Of a stretch of DNA of 64,000 nucleotides, positions 1 to 8,501 are shown in pieces. A program made the position numbers and the translations under genes. How positions within the stretch are numbered: position 1 is the first letter of the stretch; each line of letters begins with the position of its first letter. Under the pieces are notes generated by a model that saw only the letters and a program-made list of their open reading frames with translations, was not told where the DNA came from and did no database searches. This DNA is from an uncultured Flavobacterium sp. (GTDB taxonomy: Bacteria; Bacteroidota; Bacteroidia; Flavobacteriales; Flavobacteriaceae), in NCBI GenBank assembly GCA_964608415.1, contig CAZSOC010000001.1:174083-238082 (forward strand). Direction: 5' to 3'.

Positions 1-2
1 GT

Positions 3-1049
3 GGATATGTAAACAATGGCCACCTGAGTAATTTGATTGGTTATTGTTACCAGAAAGGAATGATCCCTATATTGGAAATTCATGATCCTAAGAGTTTTTT
101 GCATCCTGAATGGGAATATGTTACTTGTTCCAACGATTGGAATTATTTTAATACAACAGTAAAATCCTGGTGGCAGAGTCAGGTTATTTTAGACCTCATA
201 GAGGAACATAAAGAATATTTGATCATTAATCCTGCAAATGAATTTGGGATGGTAAGATGGACAGACAATCAGGCAGTTGCACTAACTCAATTTCAAACCA
301 ATTATAACCAGTTTATTTCAGAAATGAGAAACCTGGGTGTAACTGTTCCGATCATGATAGATGCTCCGGATTGCGGGCAATCTTCTACAGAATTATTATC
401 TGTTGCAGAAGCAATGGTTACTGCCGATTCTGAACATAATCTAATTTTTTCTGCACATGCATATTGGTATGGTTACGCATCCACTTTAACTCAGATCCAG
501 ACCAAGCTCGACGAAGCACAAAACAATAATGTTTGTTATATTTTAGGAGAAGTTGCCAGTACTCAGGAAGGTAATAGTTGTGGTGAATATTCTTTGGCAA
601 GCATTTATCCTTTGATTTTAGAGGAAGCCTGTAATAGAAATATCGGCTGGTTGGCATGGACGTATGATGAAGATTGCAGCGCTCCAAGAAAAATGACTTT
701 AGATGGAGAGTTTAATACTTTGACCACTTATGGGAACGATTTGGTATATAATTCGGTTTATGGTTTAAAATCTACGCAAGGATGTGGTGCACAGAGTTTG
801 AATATTTCCAAAAATAAATTGCCTTCCCAAATGGCTATTTATCCTAATCCTTCCAAGGAATATATTAAACTCTCTAATTCAGAAGAGGTTTCTAAAATTG
901 TGATTTATGATATGAGCGGAAGAATGATCGAGGAAATTTCTAATCAGTTTCAACATATTAATATAGCATATTTATTGCCGGGAACTTATTTGCTTGAAAT
1001 TCAAGTAACCAATTCAAATCCTATAAAAGAAAAGTTGATTAAGTTATAA
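3..1049 (+). CDS. GH5 glycoside hydrolase (beta-mannanase-like) with T9SS C-terminal sorting domain; 5' end cut by window edge
   Basis: Frame is open from position 3 (GYVNNGHLSNLIGY...), so the ORF-track start at 33 is not the real start. GH5 motifs IINPANEFG (acid/base), IMIDAPDCGQ, FSAHAYW, ILGE (nucleophile), GWLAW. C-terminal IYPNPSKEYIKL...LLPGTYLLEI...KEKLIKL is a T9SS CTD. Confidence 0.8.
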   Translation, partial: GYVNNGHLSNLIGYCYQKGMIPILEIHDPKSFLHPEWEYVTCSNDWNYFNTTVKSWWQSQVILDLIEEHKEYLIINPANEFGMVRWTDNQAVALTQFQTNYNQFISEMRNLGVTVPIMIDAPDCGQSSTELLSVAEAMVTADSEHNLIFSAHAYWYGYASTLTQIQTKLDEAQNNNVCYILGEVASTQEGNSCGEYSLASIYPLILEEACNRNIGWLAWTYDEDCSAPRKMTLDGEFNTLTTYGNDLVYNSVYGLKSTQGCGAQSLNISKNKLPSQMAIYPNPSKEYIKLSNSEEVSKIVIYDMSGRMIEEISNQFQHINIAYLLPGTYLLEIQVTNSNPIKEKLIKL

Positions 1050-1070
1050 AAAATTGTTTTGAGTTAGTTA

Positions 1071-1108
1071 TGCAGAAAATGGAAATGTAATTATTTTCAT
1101 TTTTTGCA
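1071..1108 (+). terminator. Stem-loop after the GH5 gene (probable terminator)
   Basis: TGCAGAAAATGGAAAT / ATTTTCATTTTTTGCA: 16-bp arms fully paired on the + strand RNA with two G-U wobbles; weak U tail. Confidence 0.45.
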
Positions 1109-1268
1109 TTCAATGAATTTGCAGGAAAATAAGAGTTTCTGAGATTCAATTGGTTATACCTCTTTATTATATTGATGAAATGTATTTTCATTTCAAATAC
1201 AAGCTTATTAGATGTTCTTAAATCGTATTAATTAGCTGTTTAATTCTGATTTTAGTAAGTTAAAACGA

Positions 1269-1276
1269 TATATTTG
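1269..1276 (+). promoter_or_regulatory. Bacteroidota sigma70 -7 box for the TPR-AraC operon
   Basis: TATATTTG (TAnnTTTG consensus) about 30 nt upstream of the ATG at 1308; no clear -33 TTG. Confidence 0.55.
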
Positions 1277-1307
1277 TTTAACTTTATTAGAATAAATTTA
1301 ATCAGGA

Positions 1308-2876
1308 ATGGTTTTTAGTCATCAAATAAACAAACAACAATATTCTCTTTTTTTAGGGATAATACTGTTGTTTTTTATTAATTCAACTGTTGCCCAAAAC
1401 CCAAAAGACAATGCATTGTTTATAAAGGCAAACGAATTGGTTTGCTGTAATCCTGATGAAGCAATAAAAATAGGAAAACACCTTCTTAAGAATGCGGTTA
1501 AGAAAAATGAGTCATCAGTTTTTAACTTATTACTGGCAGAGGCTTTCCAGACCAAAGGAGATTACGAGAATATGATAAATCATATTTTTCAGGCATACAC
1601 TTCAATAGATGAAATAGAGAATTATCAGGCAGCAAGGATATTGTTTTTTAAATCAGAAATTTTAAAAAAATTATATCTGGACAGTCAGTCAGAAAAATAC
1701 CGTTATCAGGCTCAGGTTCTGATCTCTAAATTTTCAGAACAAGAGCAGCAGCAGCTTATATTATCTAATAAGGTTAACAGGATTTTTATTTGTCTGGACC
1801 GATTCGAAACCCAATCGGCTTTAGAATTAATTAAAGACTTTAAAAATTACAGAGGATTGGATGCTAAAACGATTTATAGAATTGACCTGGCAAAAGCATT
1901 ATCCTATAATTCCTTAGAAATTACAGATTCTGCAACGTATTATTTCGGCAGAGTAAAACGGTATCTGGATGAAAATCATGAACCTAATAATTATGATCTG
2001 TCACTTTTTCAGCTCGAAACCAGTAAGATCTATTTTAATAAAAAAGAATATCAAAAATCGATCGAATTATTAAAAAGTTCTATGAAAATTGCAGATTTTC
2101 TGGAAAATAAATTATTATTGAAACAAATTCACAGACAATTATCGTTTAATTACCTGGCACTTAACGACAATGAAAATTATAAACTACATGATAATAGATT
2201 TATAAATTTAATTAACGAGATAAATAATCTGGAACAAAGTGCAGTAAATAATGCTTTTAATCTGATTAGCAAAGAGCAATTGGATAATTATGACATCCGG
2301 CAGGATAAATATATGTATTATATTAAAATAGGAGTAGGTTTGCTTATAATTATTATTGTAGTCAGTATTTTATTTTTTTATAAAAATAAATGGAAAGCAA
2401 AACGCTTCAGGGAAATCCTGAGTTATTTACAAATTAACGAGGAAATATTTTCTGAAAACGAAAGCAAGAACAAAGAAAACACAAAGAAGATTGTGATTAA
2501 TCATGAAACAGAGCAGGCGATTTTGACGAAGCTCAAAAAATTCGAATCTTCAACAAAATTTACAAACAAAGAAATGTCTTTGGCAGTATTGGCAGGTCAA
2601 TTTGATACCAACACAAAATATTTGTCTGAAATTATAAATAAACATTATGAGAAAAACTTTAATGCTTATATCAATAAATTGCGAATTGATTTTATTATAA
2701 AAAAATTAAAAACAGATCCCAATTATATGCATTACAAAATTAGTTATCTCGCAGAAAAATGTGGATTTTCTTCTCACAGTATTTTTGCAACTGTTTTTAA
2801 AGCCAATACAGGAATTTCACCAAACATTTTTATCGAATTGCTCAAAGAAGAAACAGAGTCTAAAAGTATAATATGA
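1308..2876 (+). CDS. Membrane-anchored TPR sensor with cytoplasmic AraC-type HTH domain
   Basis: Signal peptide ending ...STVAQ, helical TPR-like region, TM segment YIKIGVGLLIIIIVVSILFFY, AraC motifs LAGQFDTNTKYLSEIIN...YINKLRI and ISYLAEKCGFSSHSIFATVFKANTGISP. Confidence 0.85.
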   Translation: MVFSHQINKQQYSLFLGIILLFFINSTVAQNPKDNALFIKANELVCCNPDEAIKIGKHLLKNAVKKNESSVFNLLLAEAFQTKGDYENMINHIFQAYTSIDEIENYQAARILFFKSEILKKLYLDSQSEKYRYQAQVLISKFSEQEQQQLILSNKVNRIFICLDRFETQSALELIKDFKNYRGLDAKTIYRIDLAKALSYNSLEITDSATYYFGRVKRYLDENHEPNNYDLSLFQLETSKIYFNKKEYQKSIELLKSSMKIADFLENKLLLKQIHRQLSFNYLALNDNENYKLHDNRFINLINEINNLEQSAVNNAFNLISKEQLDNYDIRQDKYMYYIKIGVGLLIIIIVVSILFFYKNKWKAKRFREILSYLQINEEIFSENESKNKENTKKIVINHETEQAILTKLKKFESSTKFTNKEMSLAVLAGQFDTNTKYLSEIINKHYEKNFNAYINKLRIDFIIKKLKTDPNYMHYKISYLAEKCGFSSHSIFATVFKANTGISPNIFIELLKEETESKSII

Positions 2877-4024
2877 AGAGATCAATAAAAAAACTGCTGT
2901 TTATTTTTGTTTTGATTGTACTTTCCTACAAGAATTACAGTCAAAAGGATCCTCGTGTTGACAGTATTATAGATCAGGCTACATTAAAAATATACGAAAA
3001 TCCGGATGAATCTATCCAAATCGGAAAATCTATTTACGAAGATCATCAAAATAGTAACCGTTCAAAAGTAAAAGGATTGATTTTGATTTCGGATGGATAT
3101 TCTTCCAAAAGAAATTATCAAAAAGCACTGGAATATTTAATAAAAGCCAATCAATTAAGTACAGATTTGAGTGATAAATCTCTGGAAATCAATATTTATA
3201 TTAAAATAGCTTACCAATACCAACAATTACGGATTTTTGATAAAGCTTTGGACTATCTGGAATTATCAGAAAAAATGAGTATTAACCTTTCCGAAAAAGA
3301 CTCTACATATTTGTCTTTATTGGGCAATAATTATATGATAAGAGGTTTTATTTATAAAGAAAAACTTAATTGCGAAGCCGCCGTAGTATATTTTGACAAA
3401 GGAATAGATCAATATTTAAAAATTAAAAGTTCTTTTGTTGATGCAAATCTGAGTATAGCAAATTATAACAAAGGGAATTGCTTTATACAATTGAAAAATA
3501 TCGAAGCTGCAAAAAGTAGTTTTATTACATCTATACAGATTGCAGAAAAAATCCATGCCAATAGTCTTTTGGCATTTTCCAAGAAAGGCTTAGCCGAAGT
3601 TTTTACTTTAGAAAAAGACCATCACAAAGCAATTGCTGTTTTGACAGAAGCAGAATTATTATCTAAAGATGTAGGAGATCTGGTACTTAATAAAGCTATA
3701 TACTTTTATTTCTATCAAAACTATCATGCCTTGAACGATTGGGAAAAATATCAGAAATATCAAAGATTATTTTTGAAAACACAACTCGATATTAAAGCCT
3801 TGGAAAGAAAATCGATCAGTCAGACTTTAGATCAGAATTACTCGGAACTTGAATTAGAATTAGAAAAAAAAGAACCTAACTATTTGTTTGTAATTATAAC
3901 AATAAGCGTTTTAATATTTCTAATTGTTTTTTTTATTTTTTTGAACGAAAAAAAATCACAAAAAAGACTTCAAAAACTACAGATTGAGATAGAAAAGCTT
4001 CAAAAACGAAGAAAAAGCACTTAA
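2873..4024 (+). CDS. Membrane-anchored TPR protein without DNA-binding domain
   Basis: Signal peptide ending ...YSQ, several TPR-like repeats (YQKALEYLIKA, FDKALDYLELS, ANYNKGNCF), C-terminal TM and short coiled-coil tail; ATGA overlap with the upstream gene. Confidence 0.8.
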   Translation: MKRSIKKLLFIFVLIVLSYKNYSQKDPRVDSIIDQATLKIYENPDESIQIGKSIYEDHQNSNRSKVKGLILISDGYSSKRNYQKALEYLIKANQLSTDLSDKSLEINIYIKIAYQYQQLRIFDKALDYLELSEKMSINLSEKDSTYLSLLGNNYMIRGFIYKEKLNCEAAVVYFDKGIDQYLKIKSSFVDANLSIANYNKGNCFIQLKNIEAAKSSFITSIQIAEKIHANSLLAFSKKGLAEVFTLEKDHHKAIAVLTEAELLSKDVGDLVLNKAIYFYFYQNYHALNDWEKYQKYQRLFLKTQLDIKALERKSISQTLDQNYSELELELEKKEPNYLFVIITISVLIFLIVFFIFLNEKKSQKRLQKLQIEIEKLQKRRKST

Positions 4025-4253
4025 TTAAATAACTATTTTAGTTTTAACGATAACATTCTTTAAGTCAGAAAGTTATGTCTTATTTTTTTATATTTAAATT
4101 CGGTAAAACCGATAGAACTTTTTAGTTGTTGAGAAAATAATAGTAATACATTTAGAACGGAAAATAAAAATATGATCTAAAAAAGACGTCAATTTTAAGT
4201 CACATTTTCACTCTAAAACACACTATTAAATTATTAACCTAAGGAGTTTATTT

Positions 4254-7200
4254 ATGAAAAAAATTATTTTATTAATTACCTTTCTTTTTTCAATTGAAGG
4301 CTTTTCCCAATGTACCAGGATGTGGATGTTCCCGTATCAAACTGTGTATTCCAATAATTTAGGAGGAGTTCAAATTGTAACAGAAGGAGTAAGTACATTA
4401 GAGTATTCGGAAGTAGGAGGATTAATTGTAGGAAATGATTATGAGTTTACATTAAAATCTTCACAATCAAACCATAAGTACATTACAATTACAGATTGGT
4501 CTAATACGGTTTTAGGTCATGGTTTCTCTCCATTAACTATTGAGAACATCACCTCTTCTGAAATAAGAATGCATTATGCAGAAAATTCGGAGTGCGTCAG
4601 TTCTGAAGATATAGTAAATACCTCAACTATTCAAAATTTAATAGATTGCCCTGCGCCATCAGATATTGAAATTGCTGAGATCAATACAACTACTGCAGAG
4701 TTTATGTGGTCGGCAGTAGCCGAAGAAACGGCATGGGAAGTTTTGGTATTAGAAGCAAATGCAACACCACCAACCGATTTGACTTCAGGAATTCCGGTTG
4801 AAGATATTCCTGTGTATGTTGCAGAAAATTTAGATCCGGGATCTTATTATATCATTTATATCCGGGGAAATTGTGGGGACGAATTCAGTCCTTGGAATAA
4901 GATGTCTTTTTCAACAAATTGTAACTTACTCGACGGCTTAAATGAAAATTTTGATGTAATTCCTTCTTCATACGAATATGGAGATCTTCCGGTTTGCTGG
5001 TCAAAAATTATTTTCCCGGAAAATAGCGATAGTGCTACATTAGGAACTGTAAATTATAATTCAAATTCCGGAGAGTATGCTGTTTCTTTATATAATGGAA
5101 ACTTAGGAAACACAGGGAATATTATTTTAGTTTCTCCCGAATTATCCAATTTGTCTGATGGAACCCACAGATTAAAATTTTATACTAAAACCGCTTACGG
5201 AAACGCATTTTTAGAAATAGGAACAGTTGGATCTACTGCTAATAACGCGCCATTTTCTTTCCTTGAAGAGGTTTCTGTAAATGATGTTTATAGTCAAAAA
5301 GTAATAGATTTTAGTTTGTATGAAGGAGCAGATACTCATATTGCGATTCGTTTAAAAAGCGAACAAAACTGGACCGGGGTTTTTGTTGATGACATAATAT
5401 GGGAAGTGTCACCACTTTGTCCGGATGTTACAGATATAAGCGTATTAAATACGGATATTGATTCAGCATTAATTTCCTGGGATATCGATGGTCTTGAAAC
5501 AAACTGGGAAATTGCCTATGCAGAATTTACAGTAAATGACCCTTCGGGACTTACTCCGTTGGTAACAGAAGACAATTTAGTAAACGAAATGACCATTACG
5601 GGATTAGAATCTAACACTAAATATAAAGTTTGGATAAGATCTGTATGTGGTGAAAATCTAGGTGCCTGGATTGGTCCTGTTGTGTTTAATACTGCCTGCG
5701 AAGCAATGGATTTGTTTGTTGAAGATTTTGAATCTGCTCAAAACAATGAGCTTCCGGAATGCTGGTCGTCTATTATAAGAGGTGAGAGTGTATCGTCTAT
5801 GGCTTCGGTGTCTATTGTACAAAATAGCGCTAATTCAGGGAATCAATGTGTTGCGTTTGATAGCTGGAACTCGGGTCTGGATTCAGATATTATACTTGTT
5901 TCTCCAAATTTAAGCACATTGAATACTGCAACTCATCGATTAAAATTTTATGCAAGAAGTTATAATAATTCCAGTATTCAGGTAGGAACTTTGAACTCTT
6001 CAGCTGGTTCTGCTGTTTTTACCAATGTTAAAAATGTTAATGTAACGACCAATTATTTGGAGTATACAGTAGATTTTTCAGATTATTTGGGTACAGATAC
6101 CTACATAGGAATCAGACATAATGGAGGAGATTGGAGTACAATTCTTATTGATGATATTCGTTGGGAAAGTATTCCTGATTGCGCAGATGTACAAAATATA
6201 TCAGTTCCTTTTACAACCTTAAATACTGCAACGATAACCTGGAGTCCCGGAGATGCTGAGCAAGAGTGGGATTTGGTTTATACAAGCGGATCAGTATCCA
6301 ATCCAAATACATTAACTCCTATTAATTTGACAGTAGGAGCAGATACAGAATATATAATTAATGAACTTTCACCAAATACTTCGTATAAAGTTTGGGTAAG
6401 ATCTGTATGTGGTGAAGATCTGGGTGCCTGGATGGGACCGGTTTATTTTTCAACTCCGTGTTCTCCTACAGATTTTTTTATAGAAGATTTCGAACAAACT
6501 GCTATGGAAGAAATTCCTGCCTGCTGGAGCTCTATTCTTAGAGGGCCAAGTCTTTCTTCTTTTGCTGGAGTATATGTTTTGGATTTTCAACCAATTGGAG
6601 GTTTGAAATCTATGACATTATCAAACGGTGTTTCCGGTCCGGGAACAGATATAATTTTGGTAACTCCATATTTGGAAAATCTAACAGCAACTCCGCATCG
6701 TTTGAAATTTAAAGCTTCAGCCAATTCATCGTCTAAAGTTCAGGTGGGAACGATAAATGTTGCCAACTCAAGTGGTGTGTTTGATTTTATTGAAGAATTT
6801 CAAGTAAATTCAAGTAATCAGGAATTCACCATAGATTTTACAGATTATGAAGGAGTAGATCGATTTATCGCTTTCCGTCATAGTAACGATGATTCTTTTC
6901 AAACGATTATTTTAGATGATATAAGATGGGAAGAGGTTCCGTTATGTTCGGATGTAACACAAATTCAAGTTCCTCAAATTACTGAAAATACTGCAACTGT
7001 TACCTGGAATACATCAGGAACAGAAACACAATGGCAAGTTGCTTATGGATTAGCAACAATTACAAATCCAAATACAATAACTCCTGTACCTTCTTTTCAG
7101 ACAGAAATTAATATTGACGAACTTCAGGATAATACTCTTTATAAAGTTTGGGTAAGATCTGTTTGCGGAGATAATTTTGGAGCCTGGATCGGAGCTGTTA

Positions 7201-7949
7201 CTTTCAGAACATCTTGTTTGTCGGTTAGTGATTTAAATGAAGGTTTCGAAAATTATGCACAAGGAAGTTTGCCGGATTGCTGGTCAAAAATCATTAGAGG
7301 TGAAGATGTTTCCTTTTCGTATATTGAAGTTGCAGAATACAATGGATATAGTGGAGTAAACTCTGTAATATTGAGAAACAGCAGCTCAGACTTTGATGAT
7401 GAAGTAATTTTGGTTTCTCCAAATTTAGGAGCTACTCTTTCGGCTGCGACACATCAGCTTAGATTTCATGCCTATTCTTATAATTCGAGCTCTATTGCTG
7501 TTGGAACGTTAGATTATAACAATGATTTTGCGGTGTTTAATAACCAACAACAAGTGGCACTTTCGGATAACTATACAGAATATATTTTTGAATTCCCTAC
7601 TGCAACAATTGAAGATAAGTATATCGGAATAAGACATATTGCCCAACCGGGAAATTATACTGAAGTATATATTGATAATGTGGTTTGGGAGACAAATTTG
7701 AATTTGGATAATTTTAAAAATTCAAGCTTGAAATATTTCCCTAATCCGGTTAATGATATTCTCAATATAACAGACGAAAATATAATTTCTCAAATTGAGG
7801 TCTATAATTTATTAGGGCAAAAATTAATGCATACACAAACAGATTCAAATGCAGTACAAGTTAATATATCTAATTTGTCTTCTGGAACTTATCTTCTTAA
7901 GATTAAAGTTGGTGAAACATTAAAAAGCATTAAAATTATTAAAAAATAG
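4254..7949 (+). CDS. Large T9SS-secreted protein: 4x (fibronectin type III + cleaved-adhesin/choice-of-anchor-J-like domain) + CTD
   Basis: Signal peptide ...GFSQ; four Fn3 units (C-x-x-V/P...W...YKVWVRSVCG...W) alternating with four E-x-F-E/D...LP-x-CWS-x-I...ILVSP-x-L...HRL-x-F...DD-I-x-WE units; C-terminal YFPNPVNDIL...LSSGTYLLKI...IKIIKK T9SS CTD. Confidence 0.85.
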   Translation: MKKIILLITFLFSIEGFSQCTRMWMFPYQTVYSNNLGGVQIVTEGVSTLEYSEVGGLIVGNDYEFTLKSSQSNHKYITITDWSNTVLGHGFSPLTIENITSSEIRMHYAENSECVSSEDIVNTSTIQNLIDCPAPSDIEIAEINTTTAEFMWSAVAEETAWEVLVLEANATPPTDLTSGIPVEDIPVYVAENLDPGSYYIIYIRGNCGDEFSPWNKMSFSTNCNLLDGLNENFDVIPSSYEYGDLPVCWSKIIFPENSDSATLGTVNYNSNSGEYAVSLYNGNLGNTGNIILVSPELSNLSDGTHRLKFYTKTAYGNAFLEIGTVGSTANNAPFSFLEEVSVNDVYSQKVIDFSLYEGADTHIAIRLKSEQNWTGVFVDDIIWEVSPLCPDVTDISVLNTDIDSALISWDIDGLETNWEIAYAEFTVNDPSGLTPLVTEDNLVNEMTITGLESNTKYKVWIRSVCGENLGAWIGPVVFNTACEAMDLFVEDFESAQNNELPECWSSIIRGESVSSMASVSIVQNSANSGNQCVAFDSWNSGLDSDIILVSPNLSTLNTATHRLKFYARSYNNSSIQVGTLNSSAGSAVFTNVKNVNVTTNYLEYTVDFSDYLGTDTYIGIRHNGGDWSTILIDDIRWESIPDCADVQNISVPFTTLNTATITWSPGDAEQEWDLVYTSGSVSNPNTLTPINLTVGADTEYIINELSPNTSYKVWVRSVCGEDLGAWMGPVYFSTPCSPTDFFIEDFEQTAMEEIPACWSSILRGPSLSSFAGVYVLDFQPIGGLKSMTLSNGVSGPGTDIILVTPYLENLTATPHRLKFKASANSSSKVQVGTINVANSSGVFDFIEEFQVNSSNQEFTIDFTDYEGVDRFIAFRHSNDDSFQTIILDDIRWEEVPLCSDVTQIQVPQITENTATVTWNTSGTETQWQVAYGLATITNPNTITPVPSFQTEINIDELQDNTLYKVWVRSVCGDNFGAWIGAVTFRTSCLSVSDLNEGFENYAQGSLPDCWSKIIRGEDVSFSYIEVAEYNGYSGVNSVILRNSSSDFDDEVILVSPNLGATLSAATHQLRFHAYSYNSSSIAVGTLDYNNDFAVFNNQQQVALSDNYTEYIFEFPTATIEDKYIGIRHIAQPGNYTEVYIDNVVWETNLNLDNFKNSSLKYFPNPVNDILNITDENIISQIEVYNLLGQKLMHTQTDSNAVQVNISNLSSGTYLLKIKVGETLKSIKIIKK
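5622..7195 (+). repeat. Intragenic DNA repeats encoding the Fn3 YKVW(I/V)RSVCG-x-x-x-GAW motif
   Basis: TATAAAGTTTGG(A/G)TAAGATCTGT(A/T)TG... begins at 5622, 6384 and 7140 (spacing 762 and 756 bp). Confidence 0.8.
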
Positions 7950-7978
7950 TTGTTTTAATATAGTTAATATTTTTTTAG

Positions 7979-8009
7979 AACCTCCTATCTTTTTAGGAGG
8001 TTTTTTTTT
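7979..8009 (+). terminator. Rho-independent terminator
   Basis: AACCTCCTA-TCTTT-TAGGAGGTT followed by a T run. Confidence 0.85.
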
Positions 8010-8243
8010 GACTTTAAAAACCATATAATTTCAAGTATCTTCTGGTTTTATATTCAACATCCCATCACAGGAGAAAGAATAGAAATCCGAGACGGAAGAT
8101 TCTATACCTTAATTTATACAATAGAAAATTAATTCATTGACAATAAAGCAGTAATAGATGTTAACCATTTAAGTAGGGGAATCTATATTTTAAGAATAAA
8201 TATGAATGACCATATCGAAAGTCATGAGATAGGGGTTCAATAA
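8010..8243 (+). pseudogene. Relic of a T9SS C-terminal domain
   Basis: Manual translation: ...FWFYIQHPITGERIEIRDGRFYTLIYTIEN*FIDNKAVIDVNHLSRGIYILRINMNDHIESHEIGVQ*. In-frame TAA at 8130-8132; IDVNHLSRGIYILRI matches the CTD tail pattern; no start codon. Confidence 0.55.
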
Positions 8244-8280
8244 ATTCAACGAGTATAACAATTAATGTCAATTTTCTAAC

Positions 8281-8314
8281 AAAAAAACAATATCTGTAAG
8301 GATATTGTTTTTTT
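8281..8314. terminator. Hairpin with A/T tails downstream of the CTD relic
   Basis: AAAAAAACAATATC-TGTAAG-GATATTGTTTTTTT. Confidence 0.6.
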
Positions 8315-8501
8315 TGTTTTCAGAAATACGATAATAACATTTCTTTTACTAACTATTGACAATAAAAAATCTGCCTTATAAAATTATTGTTTCAGTAACT
8401 GTATTTAAAAAAAAGAAAAACTCTAATAAAAACATCTCTTTTTTATTTATGTAGGTTTTGTTACATTTACAAAATATTAACAAAACCAAAATACTAAATT
8501 T

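Noticed and set aside
4254-7949. ~760-bp periodic repeats as a CRISPR array or mobile repeat
   Set aside because: They are in-frame protein domain repeats with synonymous variation; no CRISPR-like repeat-spacer array was seen anywhere in the window.
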